From: Octopus vulgaris
Lineage: Eukaryota
Direction of reading: 5' to 3'
DNA length: 64,000 bases
Assembly: GCA_951406725.2 (NCBI GenBank)
Contig: OX597836.1
Span: forward strand, 9,176,001-9,240,000
Shown here piece after piece: positions 26,079 through 39,935 of the stretch. Made by a program: the position numbers and the translations under genes. Each line of letters starts with the position of its first letter. Position 1 is the first letter of the stretch. The notes beneath the pieces are model-generated. The model did not search any database. It worked only from the letters and a program-made list of their open reading frames with translations, and was not told where the DNA came from.

Positions 26079-27551
26079 ACTAGAGGGGATAGAAGACTTG
26101 AACTCAGAACATAAAGACGGACGATATGCCGTTAAGCACTCTGCCCAGTATGCTAACGATTCTGCCTGCTCACCACCTTCAATAATAATAATCCTTTTAT
26201 TAGCAGAAAGTTATACACAAGTACGTATCCTGCAAGTCAGAGAATGCCAACAACATTAACATAGGTATAGGAGTGGCTGTGTGGTAAGTAGCTTGCTTAC
26301 GAACCACATGGTTCCGGGTTCAGTCCCACTGCGTGGCACCTTGGGCAAGTGTCTTCTACTATAGCCTCGGGCCGACCAAAGCCTTGTGAGTGGATTTAGT
26401 AGACGGAAACTGAAAGAAGCCCATCGTATATATGTATATATATATATGTGTGTATGTGTGTGTCTGTGTTTGTCCCCCCAACATCGCTTGACAACCAATG
26501 CTGGGGTGTTTACATCCCCATAACATAGCAGTTCAGCAAAAGAGACCGATAGAATAAGTGCTAGGCTTCCAAAGAATAAGTCCCGGGGTCGATTTGCTCG
26601 ACTAAAAGCAGTGCTCCAGCATGGCCACAAAGAGTAGAAATAGTAGCCTCTCCCAGACCATTCATAAATACATGACATCATACCTAAAAAAGATATGTCT
26701 TTGTTATCCTAGAACAGGAAATAGCTACTACATATCTGATGAGCAAGAGAGAGAAGAATGCATCTTGGCGCCTTCATTGTGCTAGAAAATGTCCATTTTT
26801 TGCCATATCATCATGAAAGAAATTAGCTACATCATCAGAGGTTGTCCAAAAATATCTCAAAGTAGCTACTTCTTCATGAGACCCGACATTGTCACAAAAA
26901 CTAATTATAATGCCATATGCAGGAAGGATTGTCCTTGTGGTTATATTACAAATACACAAGAACCCTAACCCTAACCCGACACCTCTGATGCCAATGGCGA
27001 TTTTACTGAAGAAATCTACTCTTTAGTATTTCAAAACATTTTTATGTAATTTTGGTGAATATATCTGTAAAAATGAGATGTCAGTGTTATTTTCATTTTT
27101 ACATAATTTAGACAACAATATACATTCACCACACCCTGTGTATATATAATATATATATATATATGAGCTGGTGGCACGTTAAAAGCACCAACCGATCGTG
27201 GCCGCTGCCAGACTCCCCTGGCACCTATGCCGGTGGCACGTAAAAAGCACCCACTACACTCGCGGAGTGGTTGGCGTTAGGAAGGGCATCCAGCTGTAGA
27301 AACACTGCCAGATTAGACTGGAGCCTGGTGCAGCCTCCTGGCTTCCCAGACCCCGGTCGAACCGTCCAACCCGTGCTAGCATGGAAAACGGACGTTAAAC
27401 GATGATGATGAGCCTCACAGAGGCAATGTCTAGTGACCGAGACCATTGGCGATATGCTGTACTTGAGAAGACCCATCAAACCAAGTGAAATTGTAGTCAT
27501 GGTTAATACTGGTGCCACGTAACTGGCACTTGTGTAGGTGGCACGTAAAGG

Positions 27552-27830
27552 GCACCTTTTGAATGTTGGGCCTCACAATGGCAAAGTGGCCGAGTTCCTT
27601 TCAAGCTTTTGGCCTCGTAGGGGCAAAGAGGTTGAGTTCTTTTTGAGCGTTGGGCCACATGGAGGCAAGGTGGCTGAGTTCCTTTCAAGCTTTTGGCCTC
27701 GTGGAGGTAACGTGGCTGAGTCTCTTTCAAGCTTTTGGCCTCGTGGGGGCAAAGAAGTTGAGTTCTTTTTTAGCGTTGGGCCACATGGAGGCAAGGTGGC
27801 TGAGTTCCTTTTGAGTGTTGGGCCTCACAG
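27552..27830 (+). repeat. ~39 bp minisatellite, ~7 copies
   Basis: GAGTTCCTTTCAAGCTTTTGGCCTCGT.. alternates with GAGTTCTTTTTGAGCGTTGGGCCACATGGAGGCAAGGTGGCT. Confidence 0.8.
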
Positions 27831-28558
27831 AGGCAATGACCGAGATCTTTGCCATTATGTCATGCTTGGGAAGAAGACCCATCAAGCCGAGCAAAATCGC
27901 AGTCAAAGCCGACCAAAGCCTTGTGAGTGGATTTGGTAGACAGAAACTGAAAGAAGCCCGTCGTACATATGTATGTGTGTGTGTTTGTGTGTCTGTCTGC
28001 AATGAGTTATATTTAGAGGGGAACACACGAATTTTCTGAAATCTGTGTGTGCTTGTGCATTTATGTGTGTGTGTGTGTATGTGTCTGTATGTATGTTACG
28101 TTTGTGTGTATGAGTAAAAATATATACTTTTGTGTATATTTACTAATAGACACGTTCCCCCCAACATCGCTTGACAACCAATGCTGGGGTGTTTACGTCC
28201 CCGTAACTTAGCAGTTCGGCAAATGAGTCCAATAGAATAAGTACTAGGCTTACAAAGAATAAATCCTGGGGTCGATTTGCTCGACTAAAGGCGGTGCTCC
28301 AGCATGGCCACAGTCAAATGACTGAAACAAGTAAAAGAGAGAGAGTAATCTATAGCATATCAAACTTAATATGCCCCACTTTAATCTCACATGTAGGCAT
28401 CTGTTGTCCCACCTGCCACCCCCACTCTGTGGTTTGCTGAAAACCCTCCTACCCTCTCTACCCTACTACTCACTCCATCTCCTTCTCCACCATCACCCTC
28501 CCCCATGTCACACTACTTAATCACCAAAAGAAAATTTTCATTAATCAGCCACACCTCT

Positions 28559-28618
<60 letters not shown>

Positions 28619-28812
28619 TGTTTCTCTATATCGTTCCCTCTCACTTTCTTTTTGTTCCCCTCCCACTCTTTTCTCTCTCTCCCTCTTTCCCTCTTTCTTT
28701 CTTTCTCTCTGTCTGTCTCTGTCACTCATTCTCTTTCTCTCACTTCGCTTTGTCTCTCTGTCTCTTTTCTCATTCTCTGTCTCCTTCTCCCTACTCTCTC
28801 TCTCTCTCCCTC

Positions 28813-28916
<104 letters not shown>

Positions 28917-29025
28917 CATGTGTGGGTGTATATTAAATGTTGAGAAAATAAAATACAGAGTAATTTTCTGCCACTCCTAACACAGCTTTGACACTGATCT
29001 AGAGATTCTATGGCCTTAGATTGCA

Positions 29026-29067
<42 letters not shown>

Positions 29068-29081
29068 CTTCAAGGAAGTGT

Positions 29082-29162
<81 letters not shown>

Positions 29163-29165
29163 GTA

Positions 29166-29231
<66 letters not shown>

Positions 29232-29287
29232 CGTACATACATATATATATATATATAATGTATGTATATATATATACATATACATTC

Positions 29288-29319
<32 letters not shown>

Positions 29320-29876
29320 GAATGTTTTTATATATAATGAACATGAAATACAGGAAGGGACGAACACAGAACACAGACAAATCATTCGAAGCCTTCAATC
29401 TTCAGTCAGACACCGAATCATCATAGCAAATTTCGGCTGTTCAATTCTGATATTTGCTCCAACTCGGCCAGCCCCAAGAAAAAAACTAAGCTGTAAGCAT
29501 TAGATTTCTTGGTAGAAGACAGGAATGTGAACGCACAAGACGGATGTGAATACAAGAGACGAAAACGAAATTGAAAACAGTAATGAATAAACAAAAAATA
29601 TATATAACGGTGGTTGTCATACGACATATATATATACACATACACACACACACACATATTCTCTTTTATTTTCTCTTTTTTTCTCTTTTACTTGTTTCAG
29701 TCATTTGACTGCGGCCATGCTGGAGCACCGCCTTTAGTCGAGCAAATCAACACCGGGACTTCTTCTTTGTAAGCCTAGGACTTATTCTATCGGTCTCTTT
29801 CACCAAACTGCTAAGTTACTGGGGCGTAAACACATACACACAAACACAAACACACACATACACATATACATATATA

Positions 29877-29922
<46 letters not shown>

Positions 29923-30144
29923 CTTGGTCCGTTGCAGGTGCGCTGCAAGATGCAGGAGGAAAGAGTGAGAGAAAGTTGTGAAAGAGTCAGCAGAAGTTCA
30001 CCATTACCTTCTGCCGGAGCCACATGGAACTTAGGTGTTTCGCTCATAAACACACACATCTCCCGGTCTGAGATTCGAACCCGCGACCACTCGACCGCAA
30101 GTCAGCTGCTCTAACCACTAAGCCACGTGCCTCCAAAATAATAA

Positions 30145-30185
<41 letters not shown>

Positions 30186-30281
30186 GTAATAATAATAATA
30201 GTAATAATAATAATAATAACAACAACAACAACAACAACAACAACCTTAGGAATGAGAACCCAGGTTTGAAATTTTTCCCAA

Positions 30282-30327
30282 GACACCTGATGAAGGCTGG
30301 AGGGTATATCAGCCGAAACGTTGTGTT
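30282..30327 (+). ncRNA. Minimal type-I hammerhead ribozyme (canonical core) in Penelope-like pLTR 30245-30372
   Basis: GACAC-CTGATGA-a-GGCTG-gagggtatat-CAGCC-GAAA-CG-T-T-GTGTT; palindromic stem III ACGU; GUU site. Confidence 0.8.
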
Positions 30328-31130
30328 AACAACAAACAAGATGAGGACAAATATCCATCAAACGTAAATAATGCAGTCAAAATGTTGCTAAGCAGTTTAC
30401 CTGGCATGCTAACAATTCTGCCAGCTCACTGCCTTTCCATGAATATATTACCTTGTTTGGATGCAAGCGAGGATTGGTGAGAGGAAGAGCTCCTAGGTGT
30501 AGAAGAATTTGTCTCACTGAGTTCCATTTGACCCATGCAAGCATGGGAAAATGGACGTTGTAGAATGATGATGATGAAGGCGGCGATATGGCAGAAACGT
30601 TAGCATGCCGGGCGAAATGCGTAGCCGTATTTCATCTGCCGTTACATTCTGAGTTCAAATTCCGCCGAGATCGACTTTGCCTTTCATCCTTTCGGGGTCG
30701 ATAAATTAAGTACCAGTTACGCACTGGGGTCGATGTAATCGACTTAATCCGTTTGTCTGTTCTTGTTTGTCCTCTGTGTGTTTAGCCGCTTGTGGGTAGT
30801 AAAGAAATAGGTACTTCGTCAACCGTTATGTTCTAAGTTCAAACTCCGCCTAGGTCGGCTTCGCCTTTCATCCTTTTGGGGGTCGATTAAATAAGTACTA
30901 GTTACGTCTGCCGTTACGTTCTGAGTTCAAATTCCACCGAGGTTGACTTTGCCTTTCATCCTTTCGGGGTCGATAAAATAAGTACCAGTTACGCACTGGG
31001 GTCAATGTAATCGACTCAATCCGTTTGTCTGTCCTTGTTTGTCCTCTGTGTTTAGCCCATTGTGGGTAGTAAAGAAATAAGAATGATGATGATAATGATG
31101 TTTTTTTTTTTCGTCTTTTGCATTTTCTAG

Positions 31131-31445
31131 GTCTCAAGAAATGGATTCGTTAGATTTACGGAAAGTTCTGAAGAAACGGCAAACAGTATTGACAATCTCA
31201 AGCCTCAAATTCTTCCTCTGACTCATTCAGTTCCATTTGTAGCAGCTTTCTGGACAGATCCTGATGAGACAACCAACGGAACCGTTTGGTTTAAGCAGGC
31301 GACAAACGCAACAGAAATGACAAGCTTGGAGAAGTTGATCAGTTCTTCTTTTCCTTCATATCAGCAACGGAAGGCCAAATATGCTTTTGATGTAACATGG
31401 GAACAAATGGCTTCCACCAGTCACTCTGGCAACAATTCACAGCTG
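31131..31445 (+). CDS. NIDO-domain protein, coding exon 2
   Basis: ttttctag|VSRNGFVRF...PFVAAFWTD...GTVWFKQ...AFDVTWEQM...SQL|gtagtt; 315 nt, phase 0/0. Confidence 0.88.
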
Positions 31446-31940
31446 GTAGTTTATTTATTTATTTATCTATTTAACCTTTTTGTTACCAAACATCCTGAGA
31501 CTGTCCTGGTAGTCTTAATTGAAAACCTTCCTTCAAATTTCCCTATTAATGTGTTCCAAGCACCAACTTAACCCTGCCATTACTGTATTCATTTTGAGAT
31601 GCTCTGTGTTTCTTTCAATTGCACTTTTACTCTTTTACTTGTTTCAGTCATTTGACTGTGGCCATGCTGGAGCACCGCCTTAATCGACTTAATCCATTTG
31701 TCTGTCGTTGTTTGTCCTCTCTGTGTTTAGCCCCTTGTGGGTAATAAAGAAATAGATATTTCGTCTGTCTTTACGCTCTGAGTTCAAATTGACCCCAGGA
31801 CTTATTCTTTGTAAGCCAAGTACTTATTCTATCGGTCTCTTTTGCCGAACCGCTAAGTTACAGGGACGTAAACACACCAGCATCAGTTGTCAAGTGATGT
31901 TGGGAAGACAGACACAGACACACAAACATATACACAGACA

Positions 31941-31972
<32 letters not shown>

Positions 31973-32712
31973 CGACGGGCTTCTTTCAGTTTCTGTCTAC
32001 CAAATCCCCTCACAAGACTTTGGTCAGCCCGAGGTTATAGTAGAAGACACTTGCCCAAGGTGCCATGCAGTGGGACTGAACCCGGAACCATGTGGTTGGT
32101 AAGCAAGCTACTTACCACACAGCCACTCCTACTTGAAGTATAGCAAAGAATCTAGTAAAATAACTCAGTTACCATTAAGCTAGTGTTAGGAACATTAATT
32201 GTGACTAAGGTTTGGTGGAAGAATTTCATTCAAAACTTATGAAATGAAGGCATTTGTACTACAGAGCCAGAGCCGGTTTCAGCCGGATTGGTAAGGAAAG
32301 GGTTAATTATGACAAAGTTGTTTTACTACATGGTATTTGGAACATAAGTTAACATGTAATTTTATTGGAAGATTTCAACTTAGACCCCTGAAACCCTTTT
32401 GTTACCCTATTTTTATTGAAATACACTCTCTTTGTTTCAATTAATTTTGAAATGAATTAAGATTTTATTCAAATAACTTGTTACGTTATCAAAATTTCAT
32501 GTTAAATTATGCTTGGAATATAAGTTAACATGAAATTTTTGATGGACGGTTTTAATTTAGATTATTTGAAACAGGAAGTTTGTATCATAGACCCAAGAGT
32601 GCTCTCTGACAGTTTGGGGTCAAAAGGGTTAAGTGACTGTTAACCCTTTTGCATTCAGATTATTCTGTAGCGTAGCTGATATCCTCACTGTTTGAGAGAG
32701 ATATTAGAAATG

Positions 32713-33066
32713 ATCTCATGCTAGATAACAACCATCTTTGGCTAGTTTGACTCTGTTGTGTCCACTGCTCTGATTGGTTGGCATTGGTGGAGTTTGTTGA
32801 GTGCTCTGTGGTCAGTGACTAGACCTTAGAAGGTCTAGAGCCAAAGACCAGGAATAGTGAATGCTGGTGCCTTATAAAGCCTGGGGTAGGCTCAAACAAG
32901 GCATAAGAAAACAGTGTCATGAGACCTTATCCAAAGGCCATGATTGGTTGGCTTACACACTGGCACGAAATAAGTCGAGAGACAAACTCTGCCAATGCCA
33001 ACCAATCAGAGCAGTGGACACAACAGGGTCAAACTAGCCAAAGATGGTTGTTATCTAGCACGAGAT
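32713..33066. mobile_element. Unclassified foldback element, ~85 bp near-perfect inverted arms
   Basis: ATCTCATGCTAGATAACAACCATCTTTGGCTAGTTTGAC... is inverted at 32983-33066. Confidence 0.65.
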
Positions 33067-33505
33067 AGATGAAAAGGATGAAAGGCAATGTCGACCTCAA
33101 CAGAATTTGAGCTGAGAACATCAAAATGAGCAAAATGCTGCTAAACATTTTGCCCATTCTTTGCCCATTTTCCCTTTTTTTGTCCATTTGCCCATTTTTG
33201 TCCATTTGCCCATTTTTTTGCCCATTTTTTGCCCATTTGCTCCTTTTTTGCCCATTTGCCCATGTCAGGCAAAATGCTGCCAAGCATTCTGCCTGGCATG
33301 CTAACAATTCTTCCAGCTTGCCGCTACCCTGTCAGGTAATATTACTCCAGAGAACTCTCAGAGGGACCTCATTTCAGTCCCTTGTATTTGTAATCATATC
33401 AATTTTGCTTCTTTGTGCAACATTCATGACAATATAAATCATATATTCTATAATTCTTCATTTTCTTCTTCTTCTACTTTTTCTTGTCACAATTCTTTAC
33501 CAAAG

Positions 33506-33631
33506 ACGAATACATTCAAAATTATCTTGCTAACAATGGAGGACAGAGAATATCTCATTTTCTACTACGTCAGTCTGACATGGGGTGATTGGAAACAGAT
33601 GCCTGAGCTCAACAGGAGTTCCTCTGCAGTG
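33506..33631 (+). CDS. NIDO-domain protein, coding exon 3
   Basis: caaag|TNTFKIILLTMEDREYLIFYYVSLTWGD...SAV|gtaagt; matches the NIDO NTFQxxLxxxxxxSYxIFxYxxLxW motif; 126 nt. Confidence 0.88.
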
Positions 33632-34762
33632 GTAAGTTACATTTCAATGAGCAATTAAGCATAGTGGAGGCACATGGCTTAGTGGTTAAGGTGTTGGACT
33701 TGTGATTATGAGATTGTGGTTTCGATTCCTGAACTGGGTGATGCATTGAGTTCTTGAGGAAAACACTCCGTTTCATATTGTCTTAATGTGTTTTTATCTG
33801 ACACACTTACCGGTTCGATTTCCACTCAAAAAAAATTTTTTTTTTTAAATGTAAAAAATAAGAATATAAATAGTAGATGAATGGGAATCAAATTGTTGAA
33901 TGTGTTAGATGATAAGGTATTATGACAATCTGACTCTCGTCAGACACACCAAAATTTGCTTCAACACATCAATAAATCTATGTACTATAGCCACTAGGTG
34001 TTGGGTTCTAGGTGAGCAGGACAGTCGATTACATCGACCCCCCCCCCCACTGTTCAACTGGTGCTCGTTTTAACCACTCTGAAGGGATAAAAGGCAAAGT
34101 CGACCTCACCAGAAATTGAACTCAGGGCATAAAGCCAGAAGTGACACTAAACAAATTTGTCCAGCTTGCTAACGATTCTACCAGCTCACCGCCTTTCTAA
34201 GTACATAGACAATAGTGTGTAAATACATTAGCATCCACACACACACATGTGTGTGTGTGTGTTCTTGTGTGAGAGTGAGTGGGTTTGCATATGAGTCCGT
34301 GTGTGTATGTGCATGTAAGCATGCATGTGTGTAAGTGTATGCAAGTATGTGTATGTGTGTGGTGGTGGTGGTTGTTGTTGTTATTGTTGTTGTTAAGTAA
34401 CAAGATGGGTAAGGGTGGTTAGGTGATAGTCTAAGGCTTAGGGATGGGATACCCCAGGGATGGGAGACCCCTTGGGAAAAAAAAAAAACTTTGGTCGTCT
34501 TGTTGTCAAGGGCTCTTCATTGACGCCCGACACCACTGGGAGGTGGCCCCTCGAAGTCACTGGAAATGGTGATCTCCAGGTCCAAATTCTTGGACGGCTA
34601 GTGGTGGTGGTGGTGGTGGTGGTGGTGGTGGTGGTGGTGGTGGTGGTGGTGGTGGTGGTATTGGTTGTGGTGGTTGTGGTGGTTGTGGTGGTGGTATTGG
34701 TTGTGGTGATGGTGAGGATAATGATATTTGGTTTAATAATCTAAAGATGTTGATATTTTCAG

Positions 34763-34901
34763 GTTGGCTACGACGGCGGTAACAATAACAACTACATAAT
34801 GTTATCTGGACCGGGACCAAACGATATCGTCACCGGATCAAACATCAACATTTCCGGTGTGTGGATCATCAGGATTGACCTGCCTCCTTGTACCCAGAAA
34901 A
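34763..34901 (+). CDS. NIDO-domain protein, coding exon 4 (end of NIDO)
   Basis: tttcag|VGYDGGNNNNYIMLSGPGPNDIVTGSNINISGVWIIRIDLPPCTQK|gtttgt; SNxxxxGxWxxRxD motif; phase 0/1. Confidence 0.85.
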
Positions 34902-37900
34902 GTTTGTATTCTATTCTACGGGGCTTAATGCTTCATTTTCACCATATTTTGAAAAGGTTCTATTGCATTGCCCACAAGGCCATAAATGTTTTAATGTGTG
35001 ACAGTGTGGCAAAAGCCATTGAACTTACATTGTCATCATCGTCATCATCGTCGTCGCCATTCTCATCATCATCATCATTGTCATTTTCATCATCATCATC
35101 ATCACTGTCATCATTATTGTTATCGTCGTCATCATCATCATAATTACCATCATCATCATCATCGTTATTATCATCGCCGTCATTGTTGTCGTCATCGTTA
35201 TCCTCATCATCATTATCTTCATCATCATCATCTTCATTGCCGTGGTCACCATCATCATCATCATCATTAACCCCTTCCCTGGCGATGTTTTTTGGAGAAA
35301 ACATTTCATTTTCAGACAAATTTTTTTATCAGACGAGCTTGCACTCTCGTCTGATGTATCCAAGTTTCTAATAGAAGGTTCATATTCATTGCCATCTTCT
35401 GAGATCAACATATGGGTGTAATTCATAAATAAAATAAAACAGATAACAGGGTGCAGGAGTGGCTGTGTGGTAGGTAGCTTGTTTACCAACCACATGGCTC
35501 TGGGTTCTACTATAGCCTCGGGCTAACCAAAGCCCCGTGAGTGGATTTTGTAGGCAGAAACTGAAAGAAGCTCGTCGCATATATGTATATGTATATACAA
35601 AATAAGAAAATGGAGGAATAGATTTCCTTCAAGCATCAACCTCCAGATAATACCAATTCATATAATTTATTAACTAATTATTTAGATTAAATAGGAACAT
35701 CCAAATCCAACAGAATAAGACAGAATAAAACAATATACATCAGTAAGGCACAGGAGTGGCTGTGTGGTAAGTAGCTTGCTTACCAACCACATGGTTCCAG
35801 GTTCAGTCGCACCTTGGGCAAGTGTCTTCTACTATAGCCTCGGGCTGACCAAAGCCTTGTGAGTGGATTTGGTAGACGGAAACTGAAAGAAGCCCGTCAT
35901 ATATATGTATATATATATATATATATATATGTGCGTGCGTCTATGTTTGTGTGTCTGTGTTTGTCGCCCTAGCATTGCTTGACAACTGATGCCGGTGTCT
36001 TTATGTCCTCGTTACTTAGCGGTTCGGCAAAAGAGACCGATAGAATGAGTACTGGGCTTACAAAGAATAAGTCCCGGGGTCGAGTTGCTCGATCAAAGGC
36101 GGTACTCCAGCATGGCCGCAGTCAAATGACTGAAACAAGTAAAGAGAGAGTAAGTAAGATAATACCATTTATGTATTAGCCTTCTGGGTACTTTACTGGC
36201 AGTATATTGGATAAATGATATCCCATAGTGGGTTACACTCATAACCCCTATCTCACTTTGTATATGTATATATTTATGTGTGTATGTTTGTGTGTCTGTG
36301 TTTGTCCCCCCCCCAACTATCTCCATATTTCTTTTCCTCTCTCTTTCCCTCTCTCCTTCATTTTTCTCTCTTTCCCTATCTCTCCTCTTGTTCTCTTTTT
36401 TCTCTCTCTCCCTCTTTCTCTCTCACTGTCACTTCCCTTCTTTCTTTCTCTCCCTATTTCTCTCTCTCTCTTTCATGCTCCCTCTCACTCCCCTTCTCTC
36501 TTTCTCTTTCTTTCTCTCTTTCCCTATCTCTCCTCTTGTTCTCTTCTCTCTCTCTCTCTCTTTCTCTCTTACTCTCACTCCCCTTCTTTCTTTCTGTCCC
36601 TATTTCTCTCTCTCTCTCTCTTTCAAACTCTCTCTCACTCCCCTTCTCTCTTTCTCTTTCTTCCTCTCTTTCCCTATCTTTCTCTCTCATACTCTCTCTC
36701 TTTCTCTTTTGTTCCTCAATCATTCTCTCTCTCTCACCACCACCCCCTCCCTCTCTCAACTTAACATATTGGGTCACCGGCTCGTTATTTAATGGCTTAT
36801 TTTTACTTCACCACAGCTGTGGGCCTTCGTTTCCCTTGGTCTTCTCTCGTTCTTTCAGTTTGCCCTGACTGTCAAAAAACAAACACATTCACAACAGACT
36901 AATTACAATATTCCTAACTTCTATTTTGATTCCTGAAAAATCAGAGAATGAACTCAAATAATATTCTCGTTATTCTAAGTTTTAATATGTGAATATATTT
37001 TGGGGGTTGTGAGATAAATATAATTTATTCCTTATTTCCTTTACTTTTTCTCTAATTTGTTTCAGTCATGTGACTGTGGCCATGCTGCAGCACTGCCTTT
37101 AGTCGAACAAATAAAAACCACGTAAAAAGCACCAACCGATCGTGGCCGTTTGCCAGCCTCCTCTGGCCCCTGTGCCGGTGGCACGTAAAAAGCACCCACT
37201 ACACTCACGGAGTGGTTGGCGTTAGGAAGGGCATCCAGCTGTAGAAACACTGACAGATCAGACTTGGCCTGGTGCAGCTTTCTGGCTTCCTCACATCCCG
37301 GTTGAACCGTCCAACCCATGGAAAACGGACGTTAAACGAAGATGATGATATATAGATAGATATATATAGCGGCTAACTGACTTCCATGCCGGTGGGTACG
37401 TAAAAAGGACCTTTCAAGCATGATCATTACCAGAGTCGCCCTACTGGCACGTGAAAAAACATTGACTGGCTCCTGTGCAGGTGGCACATAAAAACCCCAT
37501 CTGAGTGTGGCCGTTACCAGTACTGCCTGACTGGTCCTTGTGCCGGTGGCACGTAAAAAGCAGCCACTACACTCTCGAAGTGGTTGGCATTTGGAAGGGC
37601 ATCCAGCTGTAGAAACTCGGTCAGATCAAGATTGGAGCCTGGTGCAGCCATCTGGTTCGCCAGTCCTCAGTCAAAATCGTCCAACCCATGCCAGCATGGA
37701 AAGCGGACGTTAAACGATGAGGATGGTGGTGGTAGTGGTGGTGGTGTTGGTGGTGGTGATGATAATGATGATGATGATGACGACGACGATGATGATGATG
37801 ATGACGATGGTATACAAACAGAGAGAGAGATACACACGCCCATATCTTTTATTTCATTTCTGTACTTTCATGCAAATTTACCAAAATATTTGCCCCAAAT

Positions 37901-37959
37901 ATCTTCTTTTTTTTTTTGTATGCTTACTAACTTGTTTGTTCATTTCTTTTATTTTCCAG

Positions 37960-38059
37960 GTATGACAGTCATTATACTGGTGACAGCCATACTGTCTTTG
38001 TTGATTGGCACCGTTATCGGCGTACTCTGTACTTGTTACTGCTTAAGGAAAATGAAGAA
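37960..38059 (+). CDS. NIDO-domain protein, coding exon 5 (transmembrane helix)
   Basis: ttccag|(S)MTVIILVTAILSLLIGTVIGVLCTCYCLRKMK|gtatgt; hydrophobic run + Cys + basic stop-transfer; phase 1/2. Confidence 0.8.
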
Positions 38060-38365
38060 GTATGTTTAATACGATTCTTTTGTGATTGTTTCCATAGAGA
38101 ATGTCATGTTTGGGTGGGAGACGGTGGACAGAAAAGACACTCTGCAGACTGGACATTTATGTATATCTCTGTAATATATTGTATGATAAAGTAAAACAGG
38201 ATGAATCGGACATAATTCGTCCACTGGTTTTATCTTGGTATTCTGTGTGCATAAATTATGCTAATGCTATCTGACATCTTTGTATATCTCTTTTTTTATT
38301 TCCACATGGATGGCATTTCTGTATTACTTAATCTATATTGGCTACACAAATGTGTGTGTGTGTGA

Positions 38366-38410
<45 letters not shown>

Positions 38411-38521
38411 CTGTTGAATAACCTATTTTGAATACCTAACTGAGAGCAAGCAGCCAAGCGTTTGGAGAAATCCCTTACTATTTACATATATGTGTGTATG
38501 TATGTGTATTATATACATACA

Positions 38522-38555
<34 letters not shown>

Positions 38556-38710
38556 CATACATATATATATATACCATACTTTAATGTGTATTAGTTTAAA
38601 AAAATATGGGAGTTTCTTATACATGGACAGTATTGTAATCCCTTACAAAACCATTTTTCCAAATTGTAAGCCCCAAAAATTAGGGGCTCCTTATACACAT
38701 TAAAATACAG

Positions 38711-38764
<54 letters not shown>

Positions 38765-38901
38765 AAATGGGTCAAGAAAGCAAAACATCTAGATAAACGA
38801 TGCAAAGAAAATAAGGACGAGTCATTCGGTGTTTTCTTTCTTCAGTTGAGTTCCAGATTATCTTTGCAATTTTGGCTGGTTATACTCATATATTTATGTA
38901 T

Positions 38902-38939
<38 letters not shown>

Positions 38940-39238
38940 CAAGAACATTAGTGATATTGCCATCTTTCCAGGCTTTATGAATACTCTACATATATTTATG
39001 TACACTCACACACACACATATATATATATAAATGTATGTATGTGTATGTTTATGTTGGCGTATATATTTACATAGATATATATACACATGCACATACATA
39101 CATACAACCACTTATATACACCAGTATGTTGCAGCTTATATAATTAACCATTTACTCCCAAACATTAAAAATGTTAACACTAACTTACTGAGTGTCTTTT
39201 TTTCTCATATGGATGAAATCTCTGTTTTACTTTATCTC

Positions 39239-39362
<124 letters not shown>

Positions 39363-39688
39363 CTAAAATTATAATTTAAGGTATCTAAGAGATACCACCA
39401 TGCTGGAAATAGCAGCCAAAACTTGACTCTAAATCCACATTAAATGTTCATACAGCACCAGGAGAGAAGACAAAGAGACAAAATAAACTAGCAAAAAATT
39501 ATTGGATGATTCCAGATCCCGGATTTAATGTGGTTTTAGAGTCAAGTTTTGGCTGCTATTTCCAGCGTGGTCGTATCTCTTAGATACCATAAATTATAAT
39601 TTTAATAATAATTATTACCTTTGAAGGTTTTTATTCCCATGCTGGCCACTTGATAAGATATTTAAATTAAATTATCCTTATTTATATA

Positions 39689-39690
<2 letters not shown>
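39363..39690 (+). mobile_element. Inverted-repeat Penelope-like insertion in (TA)n (sister copy 45276-45520)
   Basis: 39363-39445 is inverted to 39522-39605. Shared tail CATGCTGGCCACTT...ATCCTTATTTA in both copies. Confidence 0.6.
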
Positions 39691-39725
<35 letters not shown>

Positions 39726-39817
39726 TGTTGTGTCTGGGAAGAGTCATTCTCTTTTAGTGCCTTATTATTTAACACACTCACTGGTAAAATTTCCACTTAT
39801 TTCTTATTCTTATTTTC

Positions 39818-39854
39818 CTAAAATTTTCGTTGCGACTTGCAACCTTTTCAATAG
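39818..39854 (-). ncRNA. Minimal hammerhead-like motif, U3:A8 core variant
   Basis: Minus strand CTA-TTGAAAA-g-GTTGC-aagtc-GCAAC-GAAA-AT-T-T-TAG; stem I only 3 bp, at a truncation junction. Confidence 0.5.
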
Positions 39855-39935
39855 TCTTGACTATTTCAATAGTAATTAACTGATCCTCCTGTATTTTCTT
39901 TTATCCAAAGCCAGGAACTTTCCAGCATCCCCTCA

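Noticed and set aside
26737-26760. CTGATGA motif (also 13992, 31261, 48403)
   Set aside because: No stem II/GAAA/stem I context, so not hammerheads.
26961-26980. AACCCTAACCCTAACCC telomere-like motif
   Set aside because: Under three units, inside probable TE debris.
34960-35319. Asp-rich / His-rich ORFs
   Set aside because: (CAT)n microsatellite in NIDO gene intron 4.
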